A DNA stretch of 64,000 bases from an uncultured virus (IMG/VR IMGVR_UViG_3300031784_002315) (taxonomy: Duplodnaviria; Heunggongvirae; Uroviricota; Caudoviricetes): positions 1 through 64,000 of IMG/VR virus record IMGVR_UViG_3300031784_002315, one strand, 5' to 3'. Shown in pieces: positions 1 to 9,469 of this stretch; the stretch's first letter is position 1, and the number at the start of each line of letters is the position of its first letter. A program made the position numbers and the translations under genes. The notes under the pieces are model-generated. The model was not told the origin of the DNA, made no database searches, and was given only the letters and a program-made list of their open reading frames with translations.

Positions 1-667
1 TAAACAACGCATCGACGAAGCAGGTGCAAGATATTGGGCTGGCGATAATATTTCGCAATTCATCAAAGAAGGCGAAAAGGACGAACTAATTAAAGAACTT
101 ACTGAAAAGTTTGAAGACGTTCTTGATAGTCTAGTAATTGATCGCAAGAATGATCCAAACAGCAAAGAAACTGGCAAGCGTCTTGCTAAAATGTACGTCA
201 ACGAACTAATGTCCGGACGTTACTTTCCTATGCCAAATGCAACAGCGTTTCCTAACCATACTGAGGAACGCTATGATGGTATGCTTGTAGTTCGTAGTGA
301 AATAACAAGTATGTGTAGTCATCATCACCAACCAGTAAAAGGTGTTGCCTATATTGGTATTATTGCTGCCGATACTCTAATCGGTCTTAGTAAGTATACT
401 CGTATTGCACAGTGGTGTGCAAGGCGTGGTACTCTACAAGAAGAACTAGCAATGGATATTGCAAAAGAAATCATGAGTGCTACAGGTAGTAAAGATGTAG
501 GCGTTTATATCCAGGCTACTCACGGTTGTTGTGAAAATCGCGGCATTATGGCACATTCAAGTTTAACTCAAACCACTGTACTCAAAGGTGTGTTTAAGTC
601 AGATGCTGGTGTTAAGAAAGAATTCTTTGACAATATTAAACTACAACAGGAGTTTGCACCAAAATGA
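1..667 (+). CDS. folE: GTP cyclohydrolase I (5' end outside window)
   Basis: Frame is open from position 2 (KQRIDEAGARYWAGDNIS...RLAKMY). Motifs SMCSHH, GLSK, RxxLQE and HGCCENRG are typical of FolE. Confidence 0.93.
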   Translation, partial: KQRIDEAGARYWAGDNISQFIKEGEKDELIKELTEKFEDVLDSLVIDRKNDPNSKETGKRLAKMYVNELMSGRYFPMPNATAFPNHTEERYDGMLVVRSEITSMCSHHHQPVKGVAYIGIIAADTLIGLSKYTRIAQWCARRGTLQEELAMDIAKEIMSATGSKDVGVYIQATHGCCENRGIMAHSSLTQTTVLKGVFKSDAGVKKEFFDNIKLQQEFAPK

Positions 668-936
668 AATTCTTAAAAAGAAAATTAAGAAACTGGCTAA
701 ACGATCACGATAAAGTAATAGGATTGTCAGCAAGAGACTTTCCAGATGAACGTTCTGTGCAAGATGATCCAGCATTGAGTTTCCGTATCTACAATGCTCA
801 AAATGGTAAAATTCTTGAATTTAGTCGTTATGACAGAAAGACCGATAGACAGGAACGGTCTGTTTACATCATAGAAAAAGACAAAGACGTTACTGAATAT
901 GTTGGCAAGTGCCTAAGCCTGGAGTTACTACGATAA
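664..936 (+). CDS. hypothetical protein
   Basis: 90-aa ORF, ATGA overlap with folE and TAATG overlap with queE. Confidence 0.7.
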   Translation: MKFLKRKLRNWLNDHDKVIGLSARDFPDERSVQDDPALSFRIYNAQNGKILEFSRYDRKTDRQERSVYIIEKDKDVTEYVGKCLSLELLR

Positions 937-1808
937 TGAAACTACGTTATAGTGAAGCATTTTACAGTGTACAAGGCGAAGGCAAGTTTGTAGGAGTACC
1001 CAGTGTATTCCTACGTACCTTTGGTTGTAACTTTCGCTGCATGAATTTTGGATTGCCACGTGATACCCCTAAAGGACGTTACAATATCGAAGTACAAAAA
1101 CTTATTGAAGACGGTGTTCACGAAACTACTAAAACATTTACTGACCTGCCGTTGGTGCATACTGGTTGCGATACATATGCAAGCATCTATCCTGAATTTA
1201 GACACCTTGTAATGGATAAAACTGTGGATGAAGTTGTTGAACATTTGCTAGGTTTACTGCCCGAAGGCAAGTGGACTATGGATAACGGTCAGGACGTTCA
1301 TCTTATTATGACAGGCGGCGAGCCACTGCTGGCATGGCAACGACTATACATCGAACTATTTGAACACCCAAAGATGGCGGATCTAAAAAATGTTACATTT
1401 GAAACAAATACTACACAATGGTTGCATGATGAGTTTAGAGAATACCTTGGAACTCGTGCAAGATTTAAAACAACGTTTAGTTGCAGTCCAAAGTTATCCG
1501 TTAGTGGAGAGTCTTGGACTGATGCTATTAAGCCTAGCGTTGCTCGTCAGTACTACGATATCACTGGCACTGAACTTTATCTTAAGTTTGTCGTGGCTGA
1601 TCACGTGGATGTTGAAGAAGTCGGTAGAGCAGTTGAAGCGTATCGTGCTGAGGGGGTGGAATGCCCTGTGTACCTTATGCCAGTTGGCGGACGTACAGAA
1701 GGTTATAACCTTACCGTTCAAGAGATTGCGCGGCTTGCTATGGCGAAAGGGTGGCGGTTTACACCAAGACTCCACATTAGCCTATTCGGAAATGCCTGGG
1801 GAACTTGA
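936..1808 (+). CDS. queE: 7-carboxy-7-deazaguanine synthase (QueE-like radical SAM)
   Basis: YSEAFYSVQGEG...VFLRTFGCNFRC...GCDT, TGGEP, FETN, SPKL and TPRLH motifs. Start reassigned to ATG 936 (TAATG overlap). Confidence 0.88.
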   Translation: MKLRYSEAFYSVQGEGKFVGVPSVFLRTFGCNFRCMNFGLPRDTPKGRYNIEVQKLIEDGVHETTKTFTDLPLVHTGCDTYASIYPEFRHLVMDKTVDEVVEHLLGLLPEGKWTMDNGQDVHLIMTGGEPLLAWQRLYIELFEHPKMADLKNVTFETNTTQWLHDEFREYLGTRARFKTTFSCSPKLSVSGESWTDAIKPSVARQYYDITGTELYLKFVVADHVDVEEVGRAVEAYRAEGVECPVYLMPVGGRTEGYNLTVQEIARLAMAKGWRFTPRLHISLFGNAWGT

Positions 1809-1878
1809 TAAAGTTGTACCTTACACAAAAGGCATACATACCGAAGAACAATTTAATAATTTAAGGAAAGATTTATGA
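1792..1878 (+). CDS. possible 28-aa small ORF (MPGELDKVVPYTKGIHTEEQFNNLRKDL)
   Basis: Bridges the queE-metK gap and ends in an ATGA overlap with metK. Confidence 0.3.
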   Translation: MPGELDKVVPYTKGIHTEEQFNNLRKDL

Positions 1879-2972
1879 ACTATATTTTTACTAGCGAAAG
1901 TGTTAGCGACGGACACCCGGATAAGGTTGCAGACCAAATCTCAGACGCACTCGTTGATGCTGGGTTAAAGGCAGGTGACACTACTACTCGTGTTGCAGTC
2001 GAAACACTTGTAACTACCAACCATGTTACGTTGGCGGGCGAAGTAAAGAACTTTAATCTAAACAAAGACGAAGTCAACGAAATTGTACGCAATAAGGTTC
2101 GAGAGATTGGCTATGAACAAGATGGGTTTCATTGGGATCGACTAAAGATCTACAATGAAATCCATAGTCAAAGTGCTGATATTGCTCTAGGCACAGACGA
2201 TTTTGGTGCCGGTGATCAAGGCATTATGTTTGGTTATGCTTGTAATCATACACCTAGCATGATGCCAGCACCTATTCATTACAGTCATGAAATTTTGAAA
2301 AAACTAAAAGCAATGCGACTAGATGGCTATAATTTCTTGTTGCCCGATGCTAAATCACAAGTAAGTGTTGAGTATAATGGTGCTAGGCGCGAAGGTATCA
2401 TTAAACGTATCGATCAAATTGTTGTTAGTCAACAGCACCGTGATGGGTTTAATCACAGTGTTAAGGCACCAATTCGTGATGCAGTAAAACAGGTATTGGG
2501 AGATTTAATTGATGAACGCACTGTTTGGCACATCAATCCTACTGGAAATTTTGTTATCGGTGGACCAGACGGCGATGCTGGTGTAACTGGACGTAAGATT
2601 ATTGTTGATACCTACGGTGGATTTGCTCCCCACGGTGGTGGTGCGTTTAGTGGCAAGGATCCTACCAAAGTAGACCGCAGTGCTGCATATATGGCTCGCT
2701 GGCTTGCTAAAAACGTAGTAGCAGATGAAATGGCAGATTGGTGTAACATTCAATTGAGTTATGCTATCGGTGTTAAACAGCCAACTAGTATTCTTATTGA
2801 CAGCAATGGTCATAATCGTAGTATTGAACGCTTTATTCGCAACGAAATCGATCTAAGTCCAAAAGGCATTATTGATAGATTTGATTTGTTTAACTTTCAC
2901 GAGTATAGCAAAAATTGTGTATATGGACACTTTGGAGACAAAGATGTACCTTGGGAGAAAATCGGATGGTAA
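1875..2972 (+). CDS. metK: S-adenosylmethionine synthetase
   Basis: FTSESVSDGHPDK, GAGDQG, GGPDGDAGVTGRKII and GGGAFSGKDPTKVDRS signatures. Confidence 0.97.
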   Translation: MNYIFTSESVSDGHPDKVADQISDALVDAGLKAGDTTTRVAVETLVTTNHVTLAGEVKNFNLNKDEVNEIVRNKVREIGYEQDGFHWDRLKIYNEIHSQSADIALGTDDFGAGDQGIMFGYACNHTPSMMPAPIHYSHEILKKLKAMRLDGYNFLLPDAKSQVSVEYNGARREGIIKRIDQIVVSQQHRDGFNHSVKAPIRDAVKQVLGDLIDERTVWHINPTGNFVIGGPDGDAGVTGRKIIVDTYGGFAPHGGGAFSGKDPTKVDRSAAYMARWLAKNVVADEMADWCNIQLSYAIGVKQPTSILIDSNGHNRSIERFIRNEIDLSPKGIIDRFDLFNFHEYSKNCVYGHFGDKDVPWEKIGW

Positions 2973-3418
2973 AAAATTGGCTCAAAAAAATAACAGGTGT
3001 TGCAGCCATTGAAGCCGCTGCTATCGAAGCAGAAACAAAACGAATAAAAGAAGAAGAAGAATTACAACGACTTACAGTTGAAAGAATAAAAGCCGAAGAA
3101 GAAGCAGAATTAGCACGTCTTTCTCCTAAAGATCGTGCAACTCGCAAAGAAGAGCCTTACGTTTCTGTTCTTGAAACCAAGATCAATCCAGAAAATATTC
3201 GCAACGGGTTTTTTGAACTAGACTGGAATGAATACTTTATTAAAGAATTAATGTTGTATGGGTATGGTACAGAAGCAGATCCTGAAGAAGAAATTGTAGA
3301 TCGTTGGTTTAGAGACATTGTTTTTCAAATGTTGAATGCAGAAGGACTTGACACACAGCGCGGTTCCGGCTATATTAATGTAGTACCCATTGCAAAAGGC
3401 AAATCAGAAGTATCATGA
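2966..3418 (+). CDS. hypothetical phage protein
   Basis: Likely start ATG 2966 (MVKNWLKK); contains GFFELDWN; coupled to neighbours. Confidence 0.7.
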   Translation: MVKNWLKKITGVAAIEAAAIEAETKRIKEEEELQRLTVERIKAEEEAELARLSPKDRATRKEEPYVSVLETKINPENIRNGFFELDWNEYFIKELMLYGYGTEADPEEEIVDRWFRDIVFQMLNAEGLDTQRGSGYINVVPIAKGKSEVS

Positions 3419-4401
3419 CAACTTACATTCTTGTAGACACTGCTAACACTTTTTTTCGTGCCCGACACGTTGTTCGTGGCGACATCGATACAAAAGTAGG
3501 CATGGCTCTACACATTACATTTAACAGCATTAAGAAAGCGTGGACAGACTTTAAAGCCGACCACGTTGTCTTTTGTCTTGAAGGTCGTAGTTGGCGCAAA
3601 GACTTTTATCAGCCATACAAGCGTAATCGTCAAGAAACTCGTAATGCTATGAGTCCGAGAGAAGCAGAAGAAGACAAAGTGTTTTGGGAAATCTTTGACG
3701 AGTTTAAAGACTTTGTTACTAATAAAACCAACTGTACTGTACTTCAGAATCCTGTGCTTGAAGCAGACGACCTTATTGCTGGATGGATCCAAAATCATCC
3801 CAATGACAGTCACGTGATTATTAGTACAGATGGCGACTTTGCACAGTTGATTTCACCTAAAGTGAAACAGTACAATGGCGTTCAAAATATGATTATCACG
3901 CACGAAGGCTTTTTTGACGACAAAGGTAAGCCAATTAAAGATAAAAAGACTGGCATTGTTAAAACTGCATCCGACCCAGAATGGATGCTGTTTGAAAAGT
4001 GTATGCGCGGCGACACCAGCGACAACGTATTCTCCGCATATCCCGGTGTACGTGTCAAAGGTACAAAAAACAAAGTAGGCCTTACCGAAGCATTTGCTGA
4101 TAAAAAAAGCAAAGGCTTTGCTTGGAATAATCTTATGTTGCAGCGTTGGGTAGATCACAACGGTGTCGAACACCGTGTTATCGATGACTATCAACGTAAC
4201 GTTATACTTTGTGATCTATCGGCACAGCCAACACATATTAGAGAAGTTATAAACACTAGTATTCATAGTGTTGAACCCAAGGACATCGGTCAAGTCGGTA
4301 TGAAACTTATGAAGTTTTGTGCTAAATGGAACATGCAAAAAATTGCAGATCAGGCCACACTCTATGCAGAGCCATTAAACGCTAGATACACCAAGGAATA
4401 A
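3415..4401 (+). CDS. 5'-3' exonuclease / flap endonuclease (T4 RNase H-like)
   Basis: LVDTAN, YKRNR, LEADDLI, ISTDGDFAQL and GDTSDNV motifs of the FEN/PIN 5' nuclease family. Confidence 0.88.
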   Translation: MTTYILVDTANTFFRARHVVRGDIDTKVGMALHITFNSIKKAWTDFKADHVVFCLEGRSWRKDFYQPYKRNRQETRNAMSPREAEEDKVFWEIFDEFKDFVTNKTNCTVLQNPVLEADDLIAGWIQNHPNDSHVIISTDGDFAQLISPKVKQYNGVQNMIITHEGFFDDKGKPIKDKKTGIVKTASDPEWMLFEKCMRGDTSDNVFSAYPGVRVKGTKNKVGLTEAFADKKSKGFAWNNLMLQRWVDHNGVEHRVIDDYQRNVILCDLSAQPTHIREVINTSIHSVEPKDIGQVGMKLMKFCAKWNMQKIADQATLYAEPLNARYTKE

Positions 4402-4403
4402 AA

Positions 4404-4886
4404 GTGAAACAACAAATTACAGCAAAAGAAGTTCTTGAGAATAGATTTTGGATAGTCGAAGATCAAGGTATGCGTGTAGGAACACTTACAAAGGATGAAA
4501 ATTCTTTTATCCTGTCACGCAAAGGTGAGATTAGTTTTTACAAAGATGAGAAGCAATTAAAAAAACAGTTTGGTAAAAACTTTCTTACTGCCAAAATTAC
4601 ACAAAACGAAAATTCAAAAACTGATACTAGTGTACACGGATATCCTACTCGCAGTATACCGTACAACAGTATGTACGACATTGTGCATAGATTACCTCTT
4701 TTTACAAAAAGTGAAAAGTCAAAAAGCGTTTATTGTGCTGGCTATTACTTGATCAAATTTAATGTTAACTGGCTTAAAAGTTTTTGTCCAAAACTGATTA
4801 CTATTGAAAGAAACGAATACCTCGGACCTTTCAAGACCGAACTAGAAATGAAGGCTGCATTGAGCAATGTCAACAGAACCAATTAA
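4404..4886 (+). CDS. hypothetical phage protein
   Basis: 160-aa ORF, GTG start after AAGGA, in operon. Confidence 0.7.
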   Translation: MKQQITAKEVLENRFWIVEDQGMRVGTLTKDENSFILSRKGEISFYKDEKQLKKQFGKNFLTAKITQNENSKTDTSVHGYPTRSIPYNSMYDIVHRLPLFTKSEKSKSVYCAGYYLIKFNVNWLKSFCPKLITIERNEYLGPFKTELEMKAALSNVNRTN

Positions 4887-5112
4887 CACAACACCTATAA
4901 CACAATTTATACAACAGGTTAAAGGTGCAGAATCCAGCAATGCAAGAGAAGTTCGATTAGATATTGCTGTTGCAAAAAGCCTTGCATTTACTTTGGGTAT
5001 TGTTATGAGTAGAATGAACGGCGATCTGGAAAAATTTGTAAAAGAATATTCCACTAAAACCTCCGACGAAACTATTACAATATCAATGGACGCCGGCGGT
5101 AACTGGTCATAA
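4867..5112 (+). CDS. hypothetical protein
   Basis: 81-aa ORF overlapping the previous gene. Confidence 0.65.
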   Translation: MSTEPINTTPITQFIQQVKGAESSNAREVRLDIAVAKSLAFTLGIVMSRMNGDLEKFVKEYSTKTSDETITISMDAGGNWS

Positions 5113-5116
5113 GTCA

Positions 5117-5122
5117 TAAATA
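5117..5122 (+). promoter_or_regulatory. TAAATA late-promoter-like box
   Basis: cATAAATA in the intergenic gap, followed by GGAG RBS and ATG 5148. Confidence 0.5.
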
Positions 5123-5147
5123 TATGCGTATATAATTGGAGTACGCA

Positions 5148-5438
5148 ATGAGCAGACCTAAACCGAATGTTCTTTTAGAGTATACAAATAGTAGAACTTA
5201 CAAGTGTGAACAAGTTCTAGATGCTGAAGCAGTATGGGCTGTCTTTTATAAAGGCAAGCCTTTTAATCTCAAAAGCTCTAATAGTCTAACAAGTTATCCT
5301 GGTCCAAAATATAAAAAAACAAGTTTTTCTAATCCTGGACATGCATTTAATTTAGCAAGTAAGTTAAATTTGATGTTTAAGACCGCAGATTTTGCAGTTT
5401 ATAAATTAACCACAGGCGAAGAAGTAGAAGATGAATAA
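5148..5438 (+). CDS. hypothetical phage protein
   Basis: MSRPKPNVLLEY...GPKYKKTSFSNPGHA; GGAG upstream of ATG 5148. Confidence 0.75.
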   Translation: MSRPKPNVLLEYTNSRTYKCEQVLDAEAVWAVFYKGKPFNLKSSNSLTSYPGPKYKKTSFSNPGHAFNLASKLNLMFKTADFAVYKLTTGEEVEDE

Positions 5439-5811
5439 AAAAGTCTACACCAAGTTATTTTTACAAGAACTTGGAAAAAGTACTTCTGATAATTCGATAA
5501 CTGAACATTTACCTCTGTGGTGGCAAAACACTCGTCAAAAAGACAACAGTGGTTTAAGATTAACAGACGACGGATTTGAAGTTATACAAAAAATTGATTT
5601 AAAAGTTTATGACATACCTTTTCCAAAAGATATGCCACTAACAACTCAAATAATTATTTTTTTAGACAAATTTATTGATTGCCCTTATTACTTAACAAAA
5701 GATGGCATACTTGTAACAAATGAAAAGAAAGCAGTAGAACTTGCATTGTTTAGTGGCGATGTACGCAAGTACGGATTAAACAAAGCATTAACACGTTCTA
5801 GAACATTATAG
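5431..5811 (+). CDS. hypothetical phage protein
   Basis: 126-aa ORF overlapping the previous gene. Confidence 0.7.
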   Translation: MNKKVYTKLFLQELGKSTSDNSITEHLPLWWQNTRQKDNSGLRLTDDGFEVIQKIDLKVYDIPFPKDMPLTTQIIIFLDKFIDCPYYLTKDGILVTNEKKAVELALFSGDVRKYGLNKALTRSRTL

Positions 5812-5824
5812 AACGAATTATCAA

Positions 5825-6376
5825 ATGGATGTATTAGTAAATAACGAAAAAAAGATGGTGTGTTGTGTTCTGCCAAGATGCGGAAGCAACCATGTAAGAA
5901 GTGTTTTAAAAACAGTAGGATGGGTGGAAAGAAGAAGAGTTACTAAAGAGTCTTTTGAAGATTACACAATTATAAAAATTGTTAGAGATCCGTACGAAAG
6001 ATGGGTAAGTTGGTTTTATTCTTTTGAGTGGGACGATATCCCACCTATAAAAAACTGGACTGTTGCTGATGCCAAACAGTGGTTAGAAAATTTTCGCGTA
6101 AGACACCATTATGACGAACACACTGCGTTGCAGTCAATGTTATATAATTTTAATAATGAATACATTTGCAACAACACTTGTTATGTTAGAATGGAATATG
6201 TGGATATGTATTTTGGATTCACCAATCAACGTCATCCGTCATTTGTTCAACATTTTGCAAGAATGGACGAAACACCTCTTGATGTACTTGAATACTTTAA
6301 ACACGCTATACCCAAATTATACAAGCCTGATTACATTTGGATGAAAAATCTCAACATATGGGAAAAAAGTAGTTGA
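5825..6376 (+). CDS. sulfotransferase-family-like protein
   Basis: LPRCGSN resembles the 5'-PSB loop (PKxGST); VRDPYERWVSW resembles the 3'-PB motif. Confidence 0.6.
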   Translation: MDVLVNNEKKMVCCVLPRCGSNHVRSVLKTVGWVERRRVTKESFEDYTIIKIVRDPYERWVSWFYSFEWDDIPPIKNWTVADAKQWLENFRVRHHYDEHTALQSMLYNFNNEYICNNTCYVRMEYVDMYFGFTNQRHPSFVQHFARMDETPLDVLEYFKHAIPKLYKPDYIWMKNLNIWEKSS

Positions 6377-6401
6377 CCTTCTGTGTTTCGTGCTGTATAA
6401 C
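6373..6401 (+). promoter_or_regulatory. sigma70-like promoter for the MoxR gene
   Basis: TTGACC-N17-TATAAC, then AAGGA RBS before ATG 6439. Confidence 0.65.
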
Positions 6402-6438
6402 TAACACATAGGCACTGAAACACAGAAAGGAATACTCC

Positions 6439-7518
6439 ATGTCAGAACTTACTCGTACTGTTAGCCCGAACAAGGCTAAAGCAAGCATTCGTCATGCAAT
6501 GCTTAAAAAGCGTCCGATCTTCCTCTGGGGTCCCCCGGGTATTGGTAAGTCGGACATTGTTCACCAGATTGCAGAGCAATTTAATGCTCCTGTTATCGAC
6601 GTTCGTCTTAGCCTTTGGGAACCCACTGATATTAAGGGTATTCCGTACTTTGATTCCAATACCAGCAAAATGGTTTGGGCTCCTCCAGGCGAACTGCCCG
6701 ACGCAGAGTTTGCAGCCAAGCATAAGAACGTTGTTCTTTTCCTCGACGAAATGAACAGTGCTGCTCCGGCTGTGCAGGCTGCTGCATACCAACTTATTCT
6801 TAACCGTAAGGTTGGTACTTATCGACTGCCTGATAACGTTATGATTGTTGCTGCTGGTAACCGTGAAGCAGATAAAGGTGTTACTTATCGTATGCCTGCT
6901 CCGCTTGCTAACCGCTTTGTCCACCTTGAAATGAAAGTCGACTTCGACGATTGGTTCCAGTGGGCAGTTAACAACAAAATCAACAAAGACGTTGTAGGTT
7001 TCCTTAACTTCTCGAAGAAGGACCTTTACGACTTTGATCCTAAGTCTCCTAGCCGTTCGTTTGCTACTCCACGTTCGTGGTCGTTTGTTAGCGAATTGCT
7101 CGAAGATAACCTTGACGATGGCACTACTACTGACCTGGTTGCAGGTGCAGTTGGCGAAGGTCTTGCTGTCAAGTTTATGGCTCACCGTAAGATTGCAAGT
7201 TCTATGCCCGATCCAACCGAAATCCTCGCTGGTAAGGTTAAAGAGATGAAGACTCGTGAAATCAGTGCCATGTATTCCTTGACTGTCTCGCTCTGCTACG
7301 AACTTAAAGAAGCATCTGACAAGAACGACAAGAAGTTCGACTTTATGGTCAATAACTTCATGCGGTTCTCGATGGATAACTTCGATACTGAATTGGTTGT
7401 TATGGGTATTAAACTCGCACTGACTCAGTATAATCTTCCGATTGATCCCGAAGCAATTGATTGCTTTGACGAGTTCCACGCTCGTTATGGCAAGTATATT
7501 AGTGCTGCTTCGGCCTAA
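6439..7518 (+). CDS. MoxR-like AAA+ ATPase
   Basis: Walker A GPPGIGKS, Walker B LFLDE, AAGN sensor, PLANRF, TPRSW. Confidence 0.9.
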   Translation: MSELTRTVSPNKAKASIRHAMLKKRPIFLWGPPGIGKSDIVHQIAEQFNAPVIDVRLSLWEPTDIKGIPYFDSNTSKMVWAPPGELPDAEFAAKHKNVVLFLDEMNSAAPAVQAAAYQLILNRKVGTYRLPDNVMIVAAGNREADKGVTYRMPAPLANRFVHLEMKVDFDDWFQWAVNNKINKDVVGFLNFSKKDLYDFDPKSPSRSFATPRSWSFVSELLEDNLDDGTTTDLVAGAVGEGLAVKFMAHRKIASSMPDPTEILAGKVKEMKTREISAMYSLTVSLCYELKEASDKNDKKFDFMVNNFMRFSMDNFDTELVVMGIKLALTQYNLPIDPEAIDCFDEFHARYGKYISAASA

Positions 7519-7530
7519 TACGGTGACACT

Positions 7531-7560
7531 AGAGTGGGCAGGTCAAACTGCCCACTCTTT
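7531..7560 (+). terminator. rho-independent terminator-like hairpin
   Basis: AGAGTGGGCAG-gtcaaa-CTGCCCACTCT (11-bp stem) followed by TT, just after the MoxR stop. Confidence 0.65.
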
Positions 7561-7571
7561 CTATCTAATGC

Positions 7572-7599
7572 TTGACAAAGCAAGTAAATATGTTATATT
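7572..7599 (+). promoter_or_regulatory. sigma70-like promoter for the VWA/peptidase gene
   Basis: TTGACA-N16-TATATT with TG extension; GAGG RBS before ATG 7630. Confidence 0.6.
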
Positions 7600-7629
7600 A
7601 CATTATAGGCACTGAACAAGAGGTTAACT

Positions 7630-8919
7630 ATGTCTGTCAAAAAGACTCAATCCAAGCGTAAAAAGAACTGGGCTCCAGATCCTAACATTACTCCCGAAGC
7701 ACTTGATCGTATGCGTGTAGACGTCCTCGATCGCATTATTGTTGCTCGTGTAGGCTTGCTTCTAAAGCATCCTTTTTTCGGTAGTATGGCTACTCGTCTG
7801 CGTGTTGAAAGTGCCGACGAATGGTGCATGACTGCGGCAACAGACGGTCGTCATCTTTACTTTAACACTCAGTTCTTTAATGCAATGAACAATAAAGAAA
7901 TTGAGTTTGTTATTGCACACGAAATCCTTCACTGTGTTTACGATCACCTTACTCGTCGTGAAGATCGTGATCCAATGCTTTACAACATCTCTGCAGACTA
8001 CATTGTTAACAACCTTCTTGTTCGTGACAAGATTGGTCAAAAGCCTCGTGTAGTTGATTGCTATCAAGACTTCAAGTATGATAAGTGGACTTCAGAAGAA
8101 GTCTATGACGATCTGTTCAAGAACGCTCATAAGATCGACTTTGATGCTCTTGGCGAACTGCTTGACGAACACATTGACTGGGAAGCAGGCGATGAAGAAG
8201 GTGATGGCAAAGAAGGCAATGGCTCGGGCAAAGGTCGTCCTAGACTGACCAAGGCCGAACTTGATGCAATCAAGGACGAAATCAAAGAAGCAATGATCAA
8301 TGCTGCACAGAGTGCAGGTGCTGGCAACACTCCTGGTGAGATCCAGCGTATGATCAAAGAACTAACTGAGCCTAAGATGAACTGGCGCGAACTTCTGCGT
8401 CAGCAAATCCAAAGCACTATTCGTAACGATTACACTTTTGCTCGTCCTAGTCGTAAAGGCTGGCACACTGGTGCTATTCTTCCTGGTATGAACTTTGACG
8501 AAACTATCGATATTACTGTTGCTATCGATATGTCAGGTTCTATTGGTAACGATCAGGCTCGTGACTTTTTGAGTGAGATCAAAGGCATTATGGACGAATA
8601 CAAGGACTATCGTATTAAACTGTGGTGTTTTGACACTAAGGTTTACAACGAACAGGACTTTAGTGCAGACGGCGGCGAATCGCTTATGGATTATGAAATC
8701 ATGGGCGGCGGCGGTACAGACTTCGACTGTAACTGGAAATACATGAAATCAAATGATGTCCAGCCTAAGAAGTTTGTTATGTTTACTGATGGATATCCGT
8801 TCGGTAGTTGGGGAGACGAGTCTTACTGTGATACTATTTTTATTATCCACAGTAACCACAACAAATCTTTGCAAGCACCGTTTGGCGTAACTGCCCACTA
8901 CGAGGAGTCACGTGGTTAA
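7630..8919 (+). CDS. metallopeptidase-like + VWA domain protein (MoxR partner)
   Basis: TAATDG, HEILH (HExxH), MIDAS DMSGS, GGGGTDF and FTDG; adjacent to MoxR. Confidence 0.85.
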   Translation: MSVKKTQSKRKKNWAPDPNITPEALDRMRVDVLDRIIVARVGLLLKHPFFGSMATRLRVESADEWCMTAATDGRHLYFNTQFFNAMNNKEIEFVIAHEILHCVYDHLTRREDRDPMLYNISADYIVNNLLVRDKIGQKPRVVDCYQDFKYDKWTSEEVYDDLFKNAHKIDFDALGELLDEHIDWEAGDEEGDGKEGNGSGKGRPRLTKAELDAIKDEIKEAMINAAQSAGAGNTPGEIQRMIKELTEPKMNWRELLRQQIQSTIRNDYTFARPSRKGWHTGAILPGMNFDETIDITVAIDMSGSIGNDQARDFLSEIKGIMDEYKDYRIKLWCFDTKVYNEQDFSADGGESLMDYEIMGGGGTDFDCNWKYMKSNDVQPKKFVMFTDGYPFGSWGDESYCDTIFIIHSNHNKSLQAPFGVTAHYEESRG

Positions 8920-9196
8920 GAAGAATAAAATTAATCCACTCAACGTGCTTGAGGTAAGGAGGGTAGAATTCTGCCCTCCTTATTTCGAAACGATTGTTAT
9001 TAATCCTACATACAATCTTTCCAAGGCATTAGAAGAGTGGATCTACGAAAACTGTTCCAGCCGATTCTACGTTGGTAACACTATCGAATTAGGCGAATCA
9101 ACACCATTTAAACAAAAAATTAAAATTGGTTTTGAAAATCCCTCGGAACTAAGTTATTTTATGATAGCTTGTCCACTTTTGAAATACAACAGATAA
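8912..9196 (+). CDS. hypothetical protein
   Basis: 94-aa ORF, GTG start after GAGGAG. Confidence 0.65.
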   Translation: MVKKNKINPLNVLEVRRVEFCPPYFETIVINPTYNLSKALEEWIYENCSSRFYVGNTIELGESTPFKQKIKIGFENPSELSYFMIACPLLKYNR

Positions 9197-9229
9197 ATCT
9201 ATAATATATATTAATACAAGGAGATTACT

Positions 9230-9469
9230 ATGTCTGAACAAACTCAACCAAACCCAATGGATCTAACTATTCAAGATTTAGCAATTATGAAACAAATCAT
9301 CGACATTGCTAGCGAACGTAGTGCTTTTAAACCAGCAGAAATGGCCGCTGTTGGAACAGTGTACACAAAGTTAGAACATTTTCTAAAAACTGTTGAAGAA
9401 CAACAAAAGGCAGCAAAAGCCGCACAGGCTGCAACACCTGCTGCAACAGAGGAAAACACCAATGCCTAA
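9230..9469 (+). CDS. hypothetical protein
   Basis: 79 aa, strong AGGAGA RBS. Confidence 0.75.
   Translation: MSEQTQPNPMDLTIQDLAIMKQIIDIASERSAFKPAEMAAVGTVYTKLEHFLKTVEEQQKAAKAAQAATPAATEENTNA

Noticed and set aside
1390..1791. Upstream part of the 162-aa alternative-frame ORF inside queE
   Set aside because: It lies within a well-supported gene. Only the last 28 codons are kept, as a tentative small ORF.
6442..7479. 345-aa antisense ORF spanning the MoxR gene
   Set aside because: It is an in-register shadow of a strongly codon-biased gene (few TTA/CTA/TCA codons), with no motifs or RBS.
9179..9205. Possible sigma70 promoter TTGAAA...TATAAT before 9230
   Set aside because: The spacer is only 15 nt in AT-rich sequence, so support is insufficient.
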